A stretch of 64,000 nucleotides of DNA, taken from assembly GCA_964234715.1 (NCBI GenBank), contig OZ174283.1; one strand, given 5' to 3'. Source of the stretch: Podarcis melisellensis (Eukaryota). The position numbers and the translations under genes are program-made. The notes under the pieces are model-generated. The model was not told where the DNA came from and did not search any database. It worked only from the letters and a program-made list of their open reading frames with translations. This document shows, in pieces, positions 61,911 through 64,000 of the stretch; positions within the stretch are counted from its first letter, which is position 1; each line of letters starts with the position of its first letter.

Positions 61911-63630
61911 CTTTAAACATACAAAAGGCATAGATTTTGTGAACTTTTAACAATATTGCATTAGTTACTATACCCCTTGCTGGTTTTATATTGATTTTTA
62001 TGCTTTTTGTGTTTCATGTTATATTGATTTTATTCTGCTTGTGCTTTTAGGTGCTGATTTGTATTGTCGGTAGCTGTGGGGGGGGGCAGGTAATATTTTT
62101 AGGATTGTGACTTTATAGCAATGGAACTAATAACATAAACATAAGCACTGGCATAGCACAGCTGTCTTAGAAAATAAAGTTACTGGGCATTAAAACAAAA
62201 CGTATCCTTAAGGTAAAGTCCTTCCTCTTACTGTAAAATGGGAAAGCTGGGTCATATGAGAACAATTCTCAAGTAACATACACATTTAGATCAACACCCC
62301 CTAGTAATTCAGAGCTCCAGCTGTCAGGTTAGATGTAGAGTGAACAATAAATGCATGTCCATTGAAGCAGACATGCTAAAAACTTTCAGATATGCAGTCT
62401 ATTGCAATATATGTAGTTTTCAGAATGAGTGAACCAATGTAAATATTCATAATTTGTATAGCTTTGGCACCTAGAAACTTCAATACAAAGCCAAGGTCAT
62501 ACACACACAAACATAATGCAAGCTTGACACCAGCCTAAAGTACTTCATAGGCTACAATTATCCCATAACATGAGATGTACAATAATTTTTATTTCTATAT
62601 CCTAATAATTTCTTATAGCCAGGCCCCAAGTCATGAGCTCTTCGGGGTAATTGGGGGAGGGTACAATAAAACTGGACAGCAGGCAAAAAGGAAGCCTGGA
62701 AAACAGCCCTCTCCAGGTGTTCTGCACCTTTAGGTGTGGGAGAAGGTATCCTTAAAAAGATGAAGCCCAAAGCTGAATTCAATTCAAAATGCTCTAGGCT
62801 CAAATAAATACTTTTGTGCACCTGGAAGACTCCTCTCCTCTCCTTTCCTTTCCTTCTTTTGCTAAATGCCAAATTATCTAATACTAAACCTCCGATTTTG
62901 GCAATTAGTTCTTCAGCAAAGATGCTGTATCTTCAAATTATCCCACTTACCTGTCACATCTAGCATTTTGTACAGAGCGTTTCATCTTCCTAACTAGCTC
63001 ATATTTTGTCATTCTCGTGTTTCCCCCCCCCCCCCTAGTCATCACACTTACTGTTTTCACATTGTCCTGTTAGAACAAACTTTCAGCTAGCTCTGAACTC
63101 CATCAATCTGTATCTACCTGTAGGTTTATTGAAGTTCAGAGCTGGAGAACTATATAGTATGGCAAGAGCAAAATTAATTGAATTCTGAACAGCCACCTGC
63201 CCTGCCTGTTGCTTGCTTGCTTTCTGGGTGTCCTGTGCCTAACATCATTATACACAATGTCAGTTCCATTTTTTTAATCAGCAAGGTCAATAAGCTGTCC
63301 AGCAGCAGGTCACTGACAGAATTTCCAAAGAAGCAGGGAAGCTGTCTGGACAAGGAATCACACCAAACAAGGAACAGAATGACATGTTGCGACAGCTAGG
63401 TGCCAATAGAACACTTTTCAGTATCAGTCCCTGCTACCCCAGCATTTCCTGGTACATCAGCAATGCCCTAACCTAGACTCAATGAGAAAAGGCCGCATGA
63501 GGTTCCTTGTACTGTAGTTCAGCAGGGGGCTGACCCAGGGTCAAACTCTCACAACAGGGTAGACATAACAAAAAACAGGGAACCTCAAGAGAGACCTATT
63601 AAGATCAGTTGTACCCAGTTAGATCCTTGT

Positions 63631-63657
63631 ACACACACACACACACACACACACACA
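63631..63657. repeat. (CA)n microsatellite
   Basis: Seen directly. Confidence 0.97.
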
Positions 63658-64000
63658 TTCCTGGTCATCCTCTGGGCTGCAAGATACACCTTCTCCCCTT
63701 GGGTAAATTCCACCTGAATTGTCTCCTCAGACAATTTCACAAAGCATTATCTGCAAAACCTTTGGCTTCATATATCTAAATGAAGTGTGTACTGTAATTC
63801 TTCCCCTCAGAATCCCTGGAGTATTCTTAATCAGCTGAATTTCACATGGTATAACTATGTAATGTGATCCAATTTAGCAAGGAACCAAAGATTAATGATT
63901 CAGACAAATAAAACCATTTATCTGTGTTTGGGGAAATTAATGATTTAAGGCAACAAAACACTGCTGCGAGAAATATTTTCTCTGTATTCATTATATATAC

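Noticed and set aside
1-64000. CRISPR arrays, operons or endogenous viral genes
   Set aside because: No regularly spaced repeats, no long ORFs and no viral protein motifs; the content is vertebrate repeat DNA.

Overview
Eukaryotic, repeat-rich, apparently non-coding DNA (a large intron or intergenic region) from a squamate reptile. The Sauria SINE subtype, CR1-tailed tRNA SINEs and BovB point to a lacertid lizard. I recognise no host protein-coding exon, functional RNA gene or CRISPR array, and nearly all listed ORFs are spurious. The only protein-like frames are retroelement remnants (BovB ORF C-terminus, L2 ORF2). The window holds four Sauria SINEs, other tRNA-derived SINEs, L2/CR1 fragments, many hAT and Tc1/mariner MITEs, two clean solo LTRs, microsatellites and two assembly gaps. 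The most notable structures are: (1) two different short non-autonomous RTE-clade elements stacked at one target site (9453-10578), the younger a BovB 5'+3' fusion whose 5' end fits an HDV-like ribozyme topology; (2) a four-level nested insertion (CR1 > hAT MITE > SINE > BovB, about 14100-15275); (3) one CR1-derived tail joined to three different SINE heads. Family names come from recall of consensus motifs, not from database searches. Coordinates without a stated TSD or TIR are approximate.
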